Source: an uncultured Chloroflexia bacterium
GTDB taxonomy: Bacteria > Chloroflexota > Limnocylindria > Limnocylindrales > CSP1-4
Assembly: GCA_963833225.1 (NCBI GenBank)
Contig: CAWHXD010000006.1
Location: 224,001-288,000, forward strand
DNA length: 64,000 bases
Direction: 5' to 3'
Below the pieces are notes generated by a model that ran no database searches, was not told the DNA's origin, and worked only from the letters and a program-made list of their open reading frames with translations. The position numbers and the translations under genes are program-made. Below, one piece after another: positions 31,363 through 41,446 of the stretch (positions are counted from its first letter, which is position 1; each line of letters opens with the position of its first letter).

Positions 31363-33500
31363 TTGACATCCCAGGATCAGCGCCAGGCCACCGCCGACGA
31401 TCTCGACGTCCTGCTCGCGGCACTGCCGCCCGAGATCGTCGAGGCGATCCATGCGCTGCCCGACCGGGAATCGCTGATCGAGGTGGTCCTGGACCTCGGG
31501 CGACCGCCCGAGGCGCGCTACCCGTCGTCCGAGGTGATGCTCCTCGAGCGCGAGATCACCGAGCGCGATATCGCCCACGTCGTGGAGCACATCGGCAGCT
31601 TCGGGGACGACAACCGCGCCGGCATCGAGCGCACGCTCCACCGCATCTCCGCGATCCGCAACCGGAACGGGAAGATCGTCGGCCTGACCTGCCGGATCGG
31701 GCGTGCCGTCTACGGGACGATCGAGATCATCGCGGACTTCATCCAGACCGGGAAGTCGATCCTGATCATGGGCCGCCCCGGCATCGGCAAGACGACGATG
31801 CTCCGCGAGGCCGCCCGGGTCCTGGCCGACGAGCAGGGCAAGCGCGTGGTGGTGGTCGATACCTCGAACGAGATCGCGGGTGATGGCGACATCCCGCACC
31901 CGGCTATCGGCAAGGCCCGCCGGATGCAGGTCCGCACGCCGTCGCTCCAGCACGAGGTGATGATCGAGGCCGTCGAGAACCACATGCCCCAGGTCATCGT
32001 GATCGACGAGATCGGGACGGAGCTGGAGGCCCATGCCGCCCGGACGATCGCCGAGCGGGGCGTCCAGCTGATCGGCACCGCGCATGGCAACAATCTCGAC
32101 AACCTCATGCTCAACCCGACGCTCTCCGATCTCATCGGTGGCATCCAGAGCGTGACCCTGGGCGACGAGGAGGCCCGACGCCGTCGCTCGCAGAAGAGCG
32201 TCCTGGAGCGGAAGGCCCCCCCGACCTTCGACGTGATCGTGGAGATCCAGGACCGGGAGCGGGTGCTGGTCCACAGCGATGTCGCCCAGACAGTGGACGC
32301 CATGCTGCTCGGCGAACCCGTGGCGCCCGAGCTGCGCTGGCGCGACGAGGAAGGGGTGCATCGCTCCCAGTCGCGCCCCAAGCCGTCCGCTCGCGCGGTG
32401 GGCGTGGCTGGGGGCGGCGACCGCTTCAGCGGGCTCACGGGAGCGGGTTCCGGCGCCTGGGGACGCGAGCCCGGCTGGCGTGGCGCATCGACGAACCGGA
32501 CGGGTGGCTATGCGGGCGAGGACCGCCTGCCGCCGCGAACCCCGTTTCGTCCTGGGCAATCGGGTGGCTGGCGGGCTCCGGGCGCGGGGCGACTTCCGAG
32601 CGCGGCTCCGAGCGGAGTGCGCGCAGCCCGGAGGGCGACCGACCGGCGCCACTGAGCGTGCTGCCCGGCGAGCGGTTCGCCGTTCAGCCCGGGGGCGCGT
32701 TCGTCGCGGGTGACATCGCCGATCGCGGCCCGGTCGAGCGAGCGGAGGCTGTTGCGGCCGCCGCGGCCGAGGTCAGGGCCCGCGACGCCCGCGAGCTCGC
32801 CCGCCAGCAGGCGTGGCGAGCCGAGGCGGCCCGGGCGCTCAACGCGCTGCACGAGGACGAGGGCACCCGCCCTGTCAATGCCGAGGCGCTCGCTGCGGCG
32901 GAGGAGGAGCGGATCGCCCGCATGGTCCCGGGCGAGACGGGCTCAGGCGAGCTCACCACCGACCAGGGTCCCGACGACGACGGGGCGCCGTTTGGCGAAG
33001 GGTCGCTCACGGTGGACGGCGGGACCCTGCCGACGCTGCGGATCTTTCCCCACGGGATCAGCCGCAAGCGCCTGGAGCAGGCAATCCGCGACGTCGGGCT
33101 GCCGGTGATCGTCGCCCGCGAGCCGGACGAGGCCGACGTGGCGATGACGCTGCGCTCCGAGTATCGCCAGAAGCCGCCCGCGATCCGCGAGGCGGAGGAC
33201 CGGGGTCTTCCCGTATACGTGCTCAAGGCCAACACGATCGCGCAGATGCAGGCGTCGCTGGCGTCGGTGTTCGCGCTCGAGGTTGACCCGCGCGAGGCCG
33301 CTCTCCACGAGACGGAGCAGGCGATCGGCCTGGTGATCAAGCAGCAGGAGCCCGTGGAGCTGGCGCCCCAGAACGCCTACATCCGGCGGCTCCAGCACCA
33401 GATGGCGGAGCGCGCGAACCTGGTCTCGCGGTCGCGGGGACGCGAGCCGTACCGCCGGGTGCGCCTGTACCCGGACGCGGCGCGGCCAGCCTGGCGGTAG
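31363..33500 (+). CDS. SpoIIIAA/ycf45-like AAA ATPase with C-terminal R3H domain (split near 32.6 kb)
   Basis: [39 protein letters not shown]; C-terminal RRLQH...[12 protein letters not shown]. Confidence 0.88.
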
Positions 33501-33570
33501 CGGGCTCGGGCGCGGACCTGACCTCGGCGCCCGGCTCGGGCTCCGCCGGACCTCGGTATCGCGCTCCGCT

Positions 33571-33720
33571 CGGGCGCCGGACGCCCCAACAGTTGCGGCG
33601 CGCGCCGTAACGGGCGCCGGGCGCCCTGTTCGTTGCGCTGCCAGGGGTTGACGCGTGACGGGCCGGGCGCTGGACGCCCGCTCCGTCCGATGACGCGCCC
33701 GTAGAGGCGCCTGACGCCCG
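33571..33720. repeat. 150-bp four-box intergenic element, copy 1
   Basis: CGGGCG-type boxes start at 33571 and 33611; inverted boxes end at 33680 and 33720; same geometry as 48679-48828. Confidence 0.75.
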
Positions 33721-33786
33721 GCGCCGCAACGCCCGGCCCTGACGCGGCACGTGCCAAGTCTCGGGGAGCCGCCCTACACTCGAGGC

Positions 33787-34365
33787 ATGTCCGCCCTCGA
33801 CGACGCGCCGTTCGTCCACGCCGATGATCGCGAGACCTGGCGCGCGTGGCTCGAAGCGCACCATGCCACGGTTCGAAGAGCGTGGCTGGTGATGTGGAGG
33901 CCGAGGTCGGGTCGGCAGGGTCTCGACTATGAGGCCGCGATCGAGGAGGCCCTGTGCTTCGGCTGGGTGGACAGCACGGCGGGCGCATACGACGAGGAGC
34001 GCGGCAAGCTCTACTTTGCGCAGCGCAAGCCGCACAGCGGTTGGGCCGCGTCCAACAAGGCACGGGTGGACCGGCTGATCGCGGGCGGGCGGATGGCGCC
34101 GGCTGGGCTGGCGGCCATCGAGCGCGCCAAGGCGAACGGCTGGTGGGAGATCCTGGACTCGTCCGAGCGGCTCGAGGTACCGGCGGATCTTGCCGCGGCG
34201 CTGGCGGCGACCCCACCTGCGGAGGCCAACTTCGGGGCCTTCGCGCCCTCTGCGCGGAAGCAGTTGCTCGGGTGGGTGGCCATTGCGCGGCGACCGGAGA
34301 CGCGGGCGAGCCGGATCACCAGGATCGCCGAGGCGGCCGCCCGCAACGCGCGCGCGCTCGGCTGA
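33787..34365 (+). CDS. YdeI/OmpD-associated family protein
   Basis: WRAWLEAHH, EALCFGWVDS, WAASNK, VPADL, RPETRASRI. Confidence 0.9.
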   Translation: MSALDDAPFVHADDRETWRAWLEAHHATVRRAWLVMWRPRSGRQGLDYEAAIEEALCFGWVDSTAGAYDEERGKLYFAQRKPHSGWAASNKARVDRLIAGGRMAPAGLAAIERAKANGWWEILDSSERLEVPADLAAALAATPPAEANFGAFAPSARKQLLGWVAIARRPETRASRITRIAEAAARNARALG

Positions 34366-34433
34366 GCGGGTGCTCCGTGCTCACGCGTTCGCCCTAGAGT
34401 GATCGGGACCTGCCCGCGCACGAGGAGATCCCA

Positions 34434-34795
34434 GTGGCCCTGCAGGTGATCGAGATCGTCATCGACTGCTCCTCCCACGACCTCGTGGTGGACTTCTGGC
34501 TCGCGGCGCTGGACGGCTACCAGCGCACCGACGTCAACGAGCAGTACGTGGCGATCAACCCGGACCAGCCGGCCATCGGGCGCCCATCGATCCTGTTCCA
34601 GAAGGTGCCGGAGCCCAAGGCGGTCAAGAATCGCGTGCACCTGGACCTGCGCGGGGAGTCGATGCGCGACGATGTACAGCGACTCGCGGACCTCGGTGCG
34701 ACGGTGATCGCGGAGCGCTCGCTGGGCGAGCCATCCGGTGGACCGTCCTGGCGGATCCGGAGGGCAACGAGTTCTGCGTGTCCGGAGCGCGCTGA
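34434..34795 (+). CDS. VOC/glyoxalase-family protein (frameshift near 34730)
   Basis: IVIDC, FQKVPEPKAVKNRVHLDL, then WTVLADPEGNEFCV* in a shifted frame. Confidence 0.85.
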
Positions 34796-34892
34796 GCTCC
34801 GGATCGCCGCATCCGCGCCAACCGCGGACTCGGCCCTGCGGACCCGGCCCGGCGGTCGTGAGCTCGCCCGCGGTGCCCGGGCCTGCCCGCGA

Positions 34893-35555
34893 TCAGAGCG
34901 CCCGGACGATCGTCTCCAGGCGGGCCGTGAACGCTCGCGCGTCCTCGTCCGGAAGCGCGCGGATCGGTGCGCCGATGCGGACCTCGACGGGATGGCGACG
35001 TGGCCGCCGCCCGCCCTTGGGCAGGACCTGGCGGATGCCGACGATCCGGATGGGCAGGACCTGGCGACCGGTGTGGCGCGCGAGGAGCCCGATTCCCGGC
35101 TGGAACGGGTTGATGTCACCCGTCATCGTGCGGGTGCCCTCGGGGAACATCACCACGTGCCAGCCCGCAGCGAGCAGGCCCTCTGCCGCCGCGATCGAGT
35201 CGGCGCCGCGGCCCGTCCGGTTGAAGGCGAACGCCCCGAGCCACGCGGCCACGAACCAGCGCGTCCGTTTGGTGGTGAAGTAGTCGGCTGCTGCTGCGGC
35301 GGTCATCCGGCGGCGGTGGCCGGGACCCAGCGCCAGCCGGATCGCGGAGAAGTCGAAATGGCTCGCGTGCGTCGGCGCGATGAGCGACGGACCCTCGAGC
35401 GCAGCCAGGTGCTCGTGGCCGACCACCCGAGGACCCACGAGGAACCAGCCGATGATCGGCCCGAAGAGCCGGGCCGTGACCTCCCGCAGCACGATCGCAG
35501 GTATCGAGAACTGCCGGCCGGTGGGCGGCGTGACCCGGCGGGCACGCTTGATCAT
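34893..35555 (-). CDS. Lysophospholipid acyltransferase (PlsC family)
   Basis: HASHFD (HxxxxD), AAADYF, FPEGTR. Confidence 0.88.
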   Translation of the reverse strand: MIKRARRVTPPTGRQFSIPAIVLREVTARLFGPIIGWFLVGPRVVGHEHLAALEGPSLIAPTHASHFDFSAIRLALGPGHRRRMTAAAAADYFTTKRTRWFVAAWLGAFAFNRTGRGADSIAAAEGLLAAGWHVVMFPEGTRTMTGDINPFQPGIGLLARHTGRQVLPIRIVGIRQVLPKGGRRPRRHPVEVRIGAPIRALPDEDARAFTARLETIVRAL

Positions 35556-36997
35556 CGCCGCTGGCTGGACCCGCCGCGCCGGAGCACCTCGCGGGCGGCC
35601 AGCCGGCCGCTCATGCCGTGCACCCCACCGCCAGGCGGCGTGGATGAAGAGCACAGGAACAGCGACGGGTTGGGAGTCGTGTACGGGTTCCAGCGCGGAA
35701 CCGGCCGGAACAGCAGCTGGCGCCAGTCGCCGATGCCGCCGTTGATGTCACCACCCACGTAGTTGGCGTCATAGGCCTCCATCCCGATCGCATCCTTCGT
35801 GGCGCGAGCCAGGACCAGATCGCCGAACCCTGGGGCGAACCGCTCGAGCTGGGCTTCGATCGCGGCCGTCATGTCGACCGTCGAGCCGTTCGGAACGTGG
35901 CAGTACGCCCAGGCGACATGCTTGCCCTGGGGCGCGCGCGACGGGTCCGCGATCGTGGGCTGGACGAGGAGGACGAACGGCCGATCGGTGATCCGCCCCC
36001 GTCCGACGGCGTCCTCGGATGCCGCGATCTCTCGGTACGTGCCTCCCAGGTGGACGGTGCCAGCGCGGGCAGTCCCGGGGTCTCGCCAGGGGATCGGCCC
36101 GTCGAGCGCCCAATCGATCTTGAACACGCCGGGGCCATAGCGGAAGCCCTCCAGCTGGCGCCGATATCCCGATGGCAGCCGGCCCGCGGCGATGTCAAGC
36201 ACCTGCCTCGGGGTCAGGTCAAGGAGCACGGCGCGCGACGGCGGCAGATCGCCCAGCGCCGTCACGCGGTGGCCGGTGACCACCTCCACGCCCAGCGACC
36301 GGGCCTCGGCCTCGAGCGCTGCCGCGATCGCCCCGCTCCCGCCGCGGGCCACGGGCCAGCCGACGGCATGCGCGAGCATGCCGAGCACGAGCCCGAACGA
36401 GGCGCTGAGCGGCTGGCCAAGCCGGAGCATCGAGTGTGCCGCCAACCCCGCGAACAGCGCACGAGCGGCGGGCTCACGGAAGGCAAGCCGCACGAGCGCC
36501 GTCGCGGGCAGCACGGCCGGCAGTCCAAACCGGGCCATGAGCAACGGGTGCCGCGGCGGCCGCACCACCGGGCCGAGGATCGCCGGGACCAGCCGTTCCC
36601 ACTCGCGCACCAGGGGGCCGAACAGCCGACGCCACGGATCCGCATCCCGGCCCAGGGCCCCCGCGAGGTCGGTGAGGTCACGCTCAAGCACGATGCTCCG
36701 GTCGGGAGCCAGGGCGTGGGCGACCGGAGCGTCCGGCTGCACCCATTCCAGGCCGTGCCGGGCAAGGTCAACCGACGCGAGGAACGGGGACGCGATTCCC
36801 AGCGGGTGAACGGAGGCGCACGGGTCATGGATGAACCCCGGGAGGGTCAGCTCGGCGGACCGGGAGCCACCGCCCACGCGGTCGGCAGCCTCGTAGATCC
36901 TGACCGTCCGACCGGCGCGAGCGAGTTCGATCGCGGCGGCCAGCCCGTTCGGTCCGGCACCGACGACGAGGGCGTCAAGGGCGCTGGCTCAATTCAT
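35552..36997 (-). CDS. Phytoene dehydrogenase-like FAD oxidoreductase (in-frame TGA at codon 3)
   Basis: VVGAGPNGLAAA, HDPCASVHP, GTVHLGG, WAYCHVP, CSSSTPPGGGVHGM. Confidence 0.85.
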
Positions 36998-37031
36998 GGC
37001 CCGAGGCTAGCGCGTGGACGGATCCGCCGCC

Positions 37032-37790
37032 TCAACTTCCCGTTGCACGGCCACCCGCTGCCCGCCGCCGGATCCAGCGCACCGGCGCCGTGATGGTGCC
37101 TAGCGCGGTGGACACGAGGATGCTGCCTCGGACGTTGCGCACGTAGCGCCACTGGCGCCGCTTGTCGACGCAGACCTTGATGGCGGTGACGCTGGGCTCG
37201 GCGACCCCAACCGATCGAGCGAGATTCTCCAGCGTCCGCTCCCAGAACTTGTCGTTCTGGCGGTTCGCGCCGAACACGTAGCTCAGCTCGACAAACGGGT
37301 CGCTGGCCCGTTCGAGCGCCTGGACTTGGGCAACCGTGGTGTCTCCATCCGTGTGCGAGGAGAACGTGATCCAGGCCGAGAACATGTGGCCCTCGGGCGT
37401 CATGAACGTGAACGACTCGGAATCCGCGTAGATGACCATCACGCCCGTCGACATGGTGAGCGGGGCGCCGGGCACCGCCTGGACCTCGAGCAGCGCAACC
37501 TCTCCGGGGCTGATGCCCGACAGGGGGGCGTAGAACGTGGCGCCCTTGGGCCAGAAGGTCGGGAAGTTGGCCTTCCAGTGGGCGACGAGCTCCTGGGGCG
37601 TCAGTTCGCAGCCCTCCAGGCGGACGGAGAAGGTCTTCTGCCACATCTGGCCGAAGCCCTGGACGGGCCCGGTGACGCGCTTGCCGGTGACCCGGTCGGT
37701 ACCGGCACCGCGGGCGGTGGTGCTGAGCTTGTCGACGGGACGGGCCCACGACTCCTGGTCGCGGGGCGCGCGGGGATCGGGGGTGGTCAT
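37032..37790 (-). CDS. Conserved hypothetical protein, last gene of the STAS operon
   Basis: Clean ORF with AAGGAG RBS; GPVQGFGQMWQKT and FTFMTPEGH motifs; family not securely recognised (DUF1990-like fold suspected). Confidence 0.65.
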   Translation of the reverse strand: MTTPDPRAPRDQESWARPVDKLSTTARGAGTDRVTGKRVTGPVQGFGQMWQKTFSVRLEGCELTPQELVAHWKANFPTFWPKGATFYAPLSGISPGEVALLEVQAVPGAPLTMSTGVMVIYADSESFTFMTPEGHMFSAWITFSSHTDGDTTVAQVQALERASDPFVELSYVFGANRQNDKFWERTLENLARSVGVAEPSVTAIKVCVDKRRQWRYVRNVRGSILVSTALGTITAPVRWIRRRAAGGRATGS

Positions 37791-37847
37791 GGGGGTATCT
37801 CCTTGCTCGGGGCGAAGCGGCGCGCGGGTCTCGCCCGCCGCGACGGG

Positions 37848-38186
37848 TCAGCGGGCGGCAGCCAGCGCGGCGGTCTCGTCGTCGTGGATCGCGATCGCCT
37901 CGTCGAGGCGGGTCAGCTCGAGGATCTGCTTGTAGTGGTCAGACAGTCCGACGGCGAGCAGCTTCTGACCGGCGCGCTGGGCCCGGACGAGGAGCGTCAC
38001 CAGGAGGCCGATCCCGCCCGAGTTCATGTACTCGAGCTGGCCGAAGTCGAGGACGATCGAACGGGCGTCGCCGGCCTCTGCGTAGGCCGCCATGATCGGC
38101 GGCTCGCTGCCGCCCGTGATCTCGCCGTGGATTCGGAGGATCGCGGTCGACCCATCGCGGGTCACGTCGACGGTTGTGTCGGTCAT
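37848..38186 (-). CDS. STAS anti-sigma-factor antagonist (RsbV/SpoIIAA-like)
   Basis: IHGEI, VLDFGQLEYMNSGGI (phospho-Ser), ILELTRL. Confidence 0.9.
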   Translation of the reverse strand: MTDTTVDVTRDGSTAILRIHGEITGGSEPPIMAAYAEAGDARSIVLDFGQLEYMNSGGIGLLVTLLVRAQRAGQKLLAVGLSDHYKQILELTRLDEAIAIHDDETAALAAAR

Positions 38187-38545
38187 CGTGCTGCCTCCTC
38201 TGGGACGCTGGATGCCGACGCGCCGTCGGCGATCGTGAGGTAGTCGGACAGGCGCGTGATCCGGAAGATCTCGCGGTAGTGGTCGGACAGACCGAGCGCG
38301 ATCACGTCACGGTGGTCGCGGCGGGCCTCCGCCAGGAGCCGGACGATGAGCGCGATGCCCGTCGAGTTGATGTAGTCCACGTCGCCGAAGTCGAGGATGA
38401 CGCGTGTCGCGCCGGTGCCGGCGGCCTGGGCGTATGCCGCGGCGAGGGCCTCGTCCGCGGCGATGTCCACGTCTCCCCGCATCTCCAGACGGGCCTCGCC
38501 GGGGGTCGTGGCAACAACCTCGACCGTCAACCGCTCCTTGCTCAT
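38183..38545 (-). CDS. STAS anti-sigma-factor antagonist (RsbV/SpoIIAA-like)
   Basis: MRGDVD, ILDFGDVDYINSTGI, IFRITRL; AAAGGAGG RBS. Confidence 0.9.
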   Translation of the reverse strand: MSKERLTVEVVATTPGEARLEMRGDVDIAADEALAAAYAQAAGTGATRVILDFGDVDYINSTGIALIVRLLAEARRDHRDVIALGLSDHYREIFRITRLSDYLTIADGASASSVPEEAAR

Positions 38546-38561
38546 GACGACCTCCTTTGGG

Positions 38562-40220
38562 TCAGCGCCCATCACGGGCGACGGTGAGCGTCACGGTCTG
38601 CATGCCGTCCGCGGCGTGCACGTCCATGCCGTCCACCATGTGGCGGATCAGGAACAAGCCCCAGCCGCGCGGCTTCTGACGGCCCTCAAGCTTCGCGTCG
38701 AGGTCGGGCATCTCGGCGTCGGGGACTGGTCCGGACAGCGCCCGGTCGGTCACGCGGACGCGGATCGTCTCGTGGTCCGCGTCCACGCGGACGTCAACGG
38801 GCACCTCTGGATTGCCCTGGGACCCGTACTCGATGGCATTCATCACGGTCTCGGCGACCGCGGTCTTGAGGCGCTCGAGGCGCGCCGGCCCGAGGTGGAG
38901 CGGCTCGACGGCCGCGGCCACCCGCTGCATGGCGGCGCGCTCGTTGCCGATGGCGCCTTCGATGGTGAAGGCGAGCAGCGGCTTGGCGTGGTCGACCCCC
39001 TCCGACGCGGCAGCGACCGGCTCCTGGTCACGGGTCACCGGGACCTCGGGACGGTTCTCAGCCCAGGCGTCAGAGGTGCCGATCGAGCGGCGCAGGGTCA
39101 CCAGCGTGATGTCGTCCTCCTGCTCCATGCCGGGTCCCGTGAAGGCGTGGAGCTCCTCGAGCAGGCGGTCGAGCAGCGCGCTTCCGGCGTCGTCAGTCGC
39201 CATTGCCTCGCGCAGGCGCGGGAAGCCGTACATCTCGCGGCCCGGTCCGTGCTGTTCCACGAGGCCGTCCGAGTAGAGCAGCATCGCCTCGCCCTGGCCG
39301 ACGAAGCCCTCCGTCTCCTCGTACGCGATGCCCGGCATGAGGCCGAGCGGGAGGCCGGTCGCCCGCAGCTCGATCACCCCGTCTGTCGTGCGCACGTACG
39401 GGAGGTTGTGACCGGCATTCGCGAACACGAAGCGGCCGGTCGCCGGTTCCAGGACGCCGTACAGGCAGGTCACGAACATGCGGGCGGGCATCTCCGGGGC
39501 AAGCAGTTCGTTCGCGCGGGCGAGGACCTTGCCGGGCTCGACGAGCCGTGGCGCCTCGGCCCGGAGGATCGAGTGTGTGCGGGCCATGACGAGGGCCGCC
39601 GGGACGCCCTTGTCGGTGACGTCGCCGACGACGACACCGATGCGGCCCTCGCCAAGGTCGATGAAGTCGTAGAAGTCGCCACCGACCACGCGTGCTGGTC
39701 CGTAGTAGGCGGCGATCTGCCACTCGGGCAGGTTTGGCAGCTCGTGCGGGAGGAACTGCTGCTGGATCAGCTGCGCGACCTTGAGCTCCTGCTCGAAGCG
39801 TTCGCGCTCGGCGGCCTCGGCGGCCTGCTCGCGAACCAGCTGGGCGACGCGGATGGCGGGCGCGGCCTGCGCGGCGAGCGTTGCCAGGAGCCGGCGGTCG
39901 TCCGAGGAGTAATCCTGCTCGGACAGGCGGGGACCGAGATTGAGCGTGCCGATCAGCTCGCCCTGGGTGACGAGCGGCACCACGAGCGCCACGCCGGCCT
40001 CGCGCAGCTCCGTCAGGGCCGTCGATGCCAGCTCGAGACGGGACAGGTCGACCGGCCCGGGCGCCGACTGGAGGTACGCGAACAGCGGATCCGTCTCCGG
40101 GATCTCGATCGCCACACCTGGCTGCTCGGCGGGCGCGGCGGGCATCGTGAGGGCGATGTCGGTCGCGTCCGGGGCGGGCCGGCGGCGGAAGCGGCGGAAG
40201 GGGCGGGTCAGAGCGGTCAT
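38562..40220 (-). CDS. Partial GAF + SpoIIE/PP2C phosphatase + RsbW-like HATPase kinase
   Basis: LVVPL..QGELIGTLNLG...DRRLLATLAAQAA; VGGDFYD, GDVTDKG, NAGH, YSDGLVE, DDITL; ETVMNAIEYG, RGWGLFLI. Alternative start at 40253. Confidence 0.9.
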   Translation of the reverse strand: MTALTRPFRRFRRRPAPDATDIALTMPAAPAEQPGVAIEIPETDPLFAYLQSAPGPVDLSRLELASTALTELREAGVALVVPLVTQGELIGTLNLGPRLSEQDYSSDDRRLLATLAAQAAPAIRVAQLVREQAAEAAERERFEQELKVAQLIQQQFLPHELPNLPEWQIAAYYGPARVVGGDFYDFIDLGEGRIGVVVGDVTDKGVPAALVMARTHSILRAEAPRLVEPGKVLARANELLAPEMPARMFVTCLYGVLEPATGRFVFANAGHNLPYVRTTDGVIELRATGLPLGLMPGIAYEETEGFVGQGEAMLLYSDGLVEQHGPGREMYGFPRLREAMATDDAGSALLDRLLEELHAFTGPGMEQEDDITLVTLRRSIGTSDAWAENRPEVPVTRDQEPVAAASEGVDHAKPLLAFTIEGAIGNERAAMQRVAAAVEPLHLGPARLERLKTAVAETVMNAIEYGSQGNPEVPVDVRVDADHETIRVRVTDRALSGPVPDAEMPDLDAKLEGRQKPRGWGLFLIRHMVDGMDVHAADGMQTVTLTVARDGR

Positions 40221-40289
40221 CGGCGCCATCCTCGTGGTTGAGCGTTCGCGCATCGTTACGAAGTTGGTCCTGGTTGGCTGATCGTTGCG
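40221..40289 (-). promoter_or_regulatory. Three-box motif plus -10-like hexamer upstream of the PP2C gene
   Basis: Plus strand CGTTCGC(40243)-N4-CGTTACG(40254)-N22-CGTTGCG(40283); GAGGAT 9 nt beyond the boxes; ATG 7 nt later. Confidence 0.6.
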
Positions 40290-41446
40290 TTACGCAGCCA
40301 GACCGACACTCCGGCAGGGCGGACGGCCTCGTCGGCCGAGGCGGCCAGCGTGCCGCGCAGGGTCACGAGGTCCAGCTCGTCGCGGAGGCGCTCGGCGAAA
40401 TCGTCGATCGTCTGCTGCGCGTCGACGCGGCTCCGGTCGAAGCGCCGGTCGACGGCCGCCTGGACGCGCCGCCGGAGGGGCTGGAACAGGGCGAACGCGG
40501 CGAGCGTTGAGGCCGCCACCGCCAGGGTTCCCCCCTGTGTGACACCCGACAGCAGCGCCTGCAGCGCGACCACCAGGCCACCGAACACGACGGCCAGGAG
40601 CGCGGTGACCGCGACGTACGAGACGGACCGGCTGACGATCCGGTCGATGTCGTACAGGTGGTAGCGACGGATCGCGACCCCGATGGCAGCTGGGATCATG
40701 GGGTACGCGATCACGGCCGGGAGCCACATCCAGGTGCCGTTGGCATCAACAAGGAAGATCATGGTGAACGCGAAGACCACGGCCGACAGGGTCGCCGCGA
40801 GCGCGGCGAGCAGCCACTTGTACTGGGCCCGCGCGGTGCCCCGGGCCCGGCGGAATCGGACGACGAGGGCTCCGATCGCGACCGCGAGGGCCGCGAGAAC
40901 GCCGATGTAGACGAGGTTGTCCAGCATCGGCCAGCCGGGCCAGTCGGGCATGACCGCGAGCGGCAGGAGAACCCGCGCCGTCGACCCGTCGGTGAAGGTG
41001 ACCTGCCAACTCGGCGCGAACGCCAGAACGGCGCTGAAGCCGAGCGGGATGGCCACCGCGATCCGCCCCGCCACGCCGACCCGCCCCGCCGAGAACCGCC
41101 CGGTCGGGAACAGCGTCGCGAGCGCGACGAACAGGCCGAAAAAGAGGCTCGCGCTCCACGCGCTCAACCAGGCGTAGAAGGTGACTCCCGCGTCAGCGTG
41201 GCCGTCGACAACCTGGGACGCGGAGCCCGGGAGCGTGTTCCCGAGCGCGGAGAAGGCGAAGGCGATGCCCAGCAGGAGCCAGCCGACCACCTCTCGTGGC
41301 CGCCGCCAGAGCAGGACCAGGCCCACGGCGGCGAACGAGCCGACGATCAGCCAGCCAGACCAGTCCTGATGGGCCCAGGCCGAGGGCGCGAGGACGAGCA
41401 CTGCGAGGATGCAATACGGGATGACCCGCCATCGTTCGAGCTTCAT
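40256..41446 (-). CDS. Multi-TM sensor-like protein with C-terminal GAF fragment (paralogue 4)
   Basis: VGWLLL, FPTGR, RAQYKW, RYHLYDIDRI, FQPLRRRVQAAVDRRFDR; ends LRDELDL...VSVWLR. Confidence 0.8.
   Translation of the reverse strand: MKLERWRVIPYCILAVLVLAPSAWAHQDWSGWLIVGSFAAVGLVLLWRRPREVVGWLLLGIAFAFSALGNTLPGSASQVVDGHADAGVTFYAWLSAWSASLFFGLFVALATLFPTGRFSAGRVGVAGRIAVAIPLGFSAVLAFAPSWQVTFTDGSTARVLLPLAVMPDWPGWPMLDNLVYIGVLAALAVAIGALVVRFRRARGTARAQYKWLLAALAATLSAVVFAFTMIFLVDANGTWMWLPAVIAYPMIPAAIGVAIRRYHLYDIDRIVSRSVSYVAVTALLAVVFGGLVVALQALLSGVTQGGTLAVAASTLAAFALFQPLRRRVQAAVDRRFDRSRVDAQQTIDDFAERLRDELDLVTLRGTLAASADEAVRPAGVSVWLRNATISQPGPTS

Noticed and set aside
33571-33720. 40-bp periodic repeats as a CRISPR mini-array
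   Set aside because: Only two direct units followed by two inverted units, with degenerate repeats and no cas genes; treated as a dispersed element instead.
36989-36991. Selenocysteine or readthrough recoding of the TGA
   Set aside because: The position is not a catalytic Cys site and no SECIS could be supported.
40256-40300. Sensor paralogue 4 and the PP2C gene being one gene broken by a sequencing error
   Set aside because: All six paralogues stop at the same point after the WxR motif, and the PP2C gene has its own promoter-like motif and N-terminal leader, so the split looks genuine.
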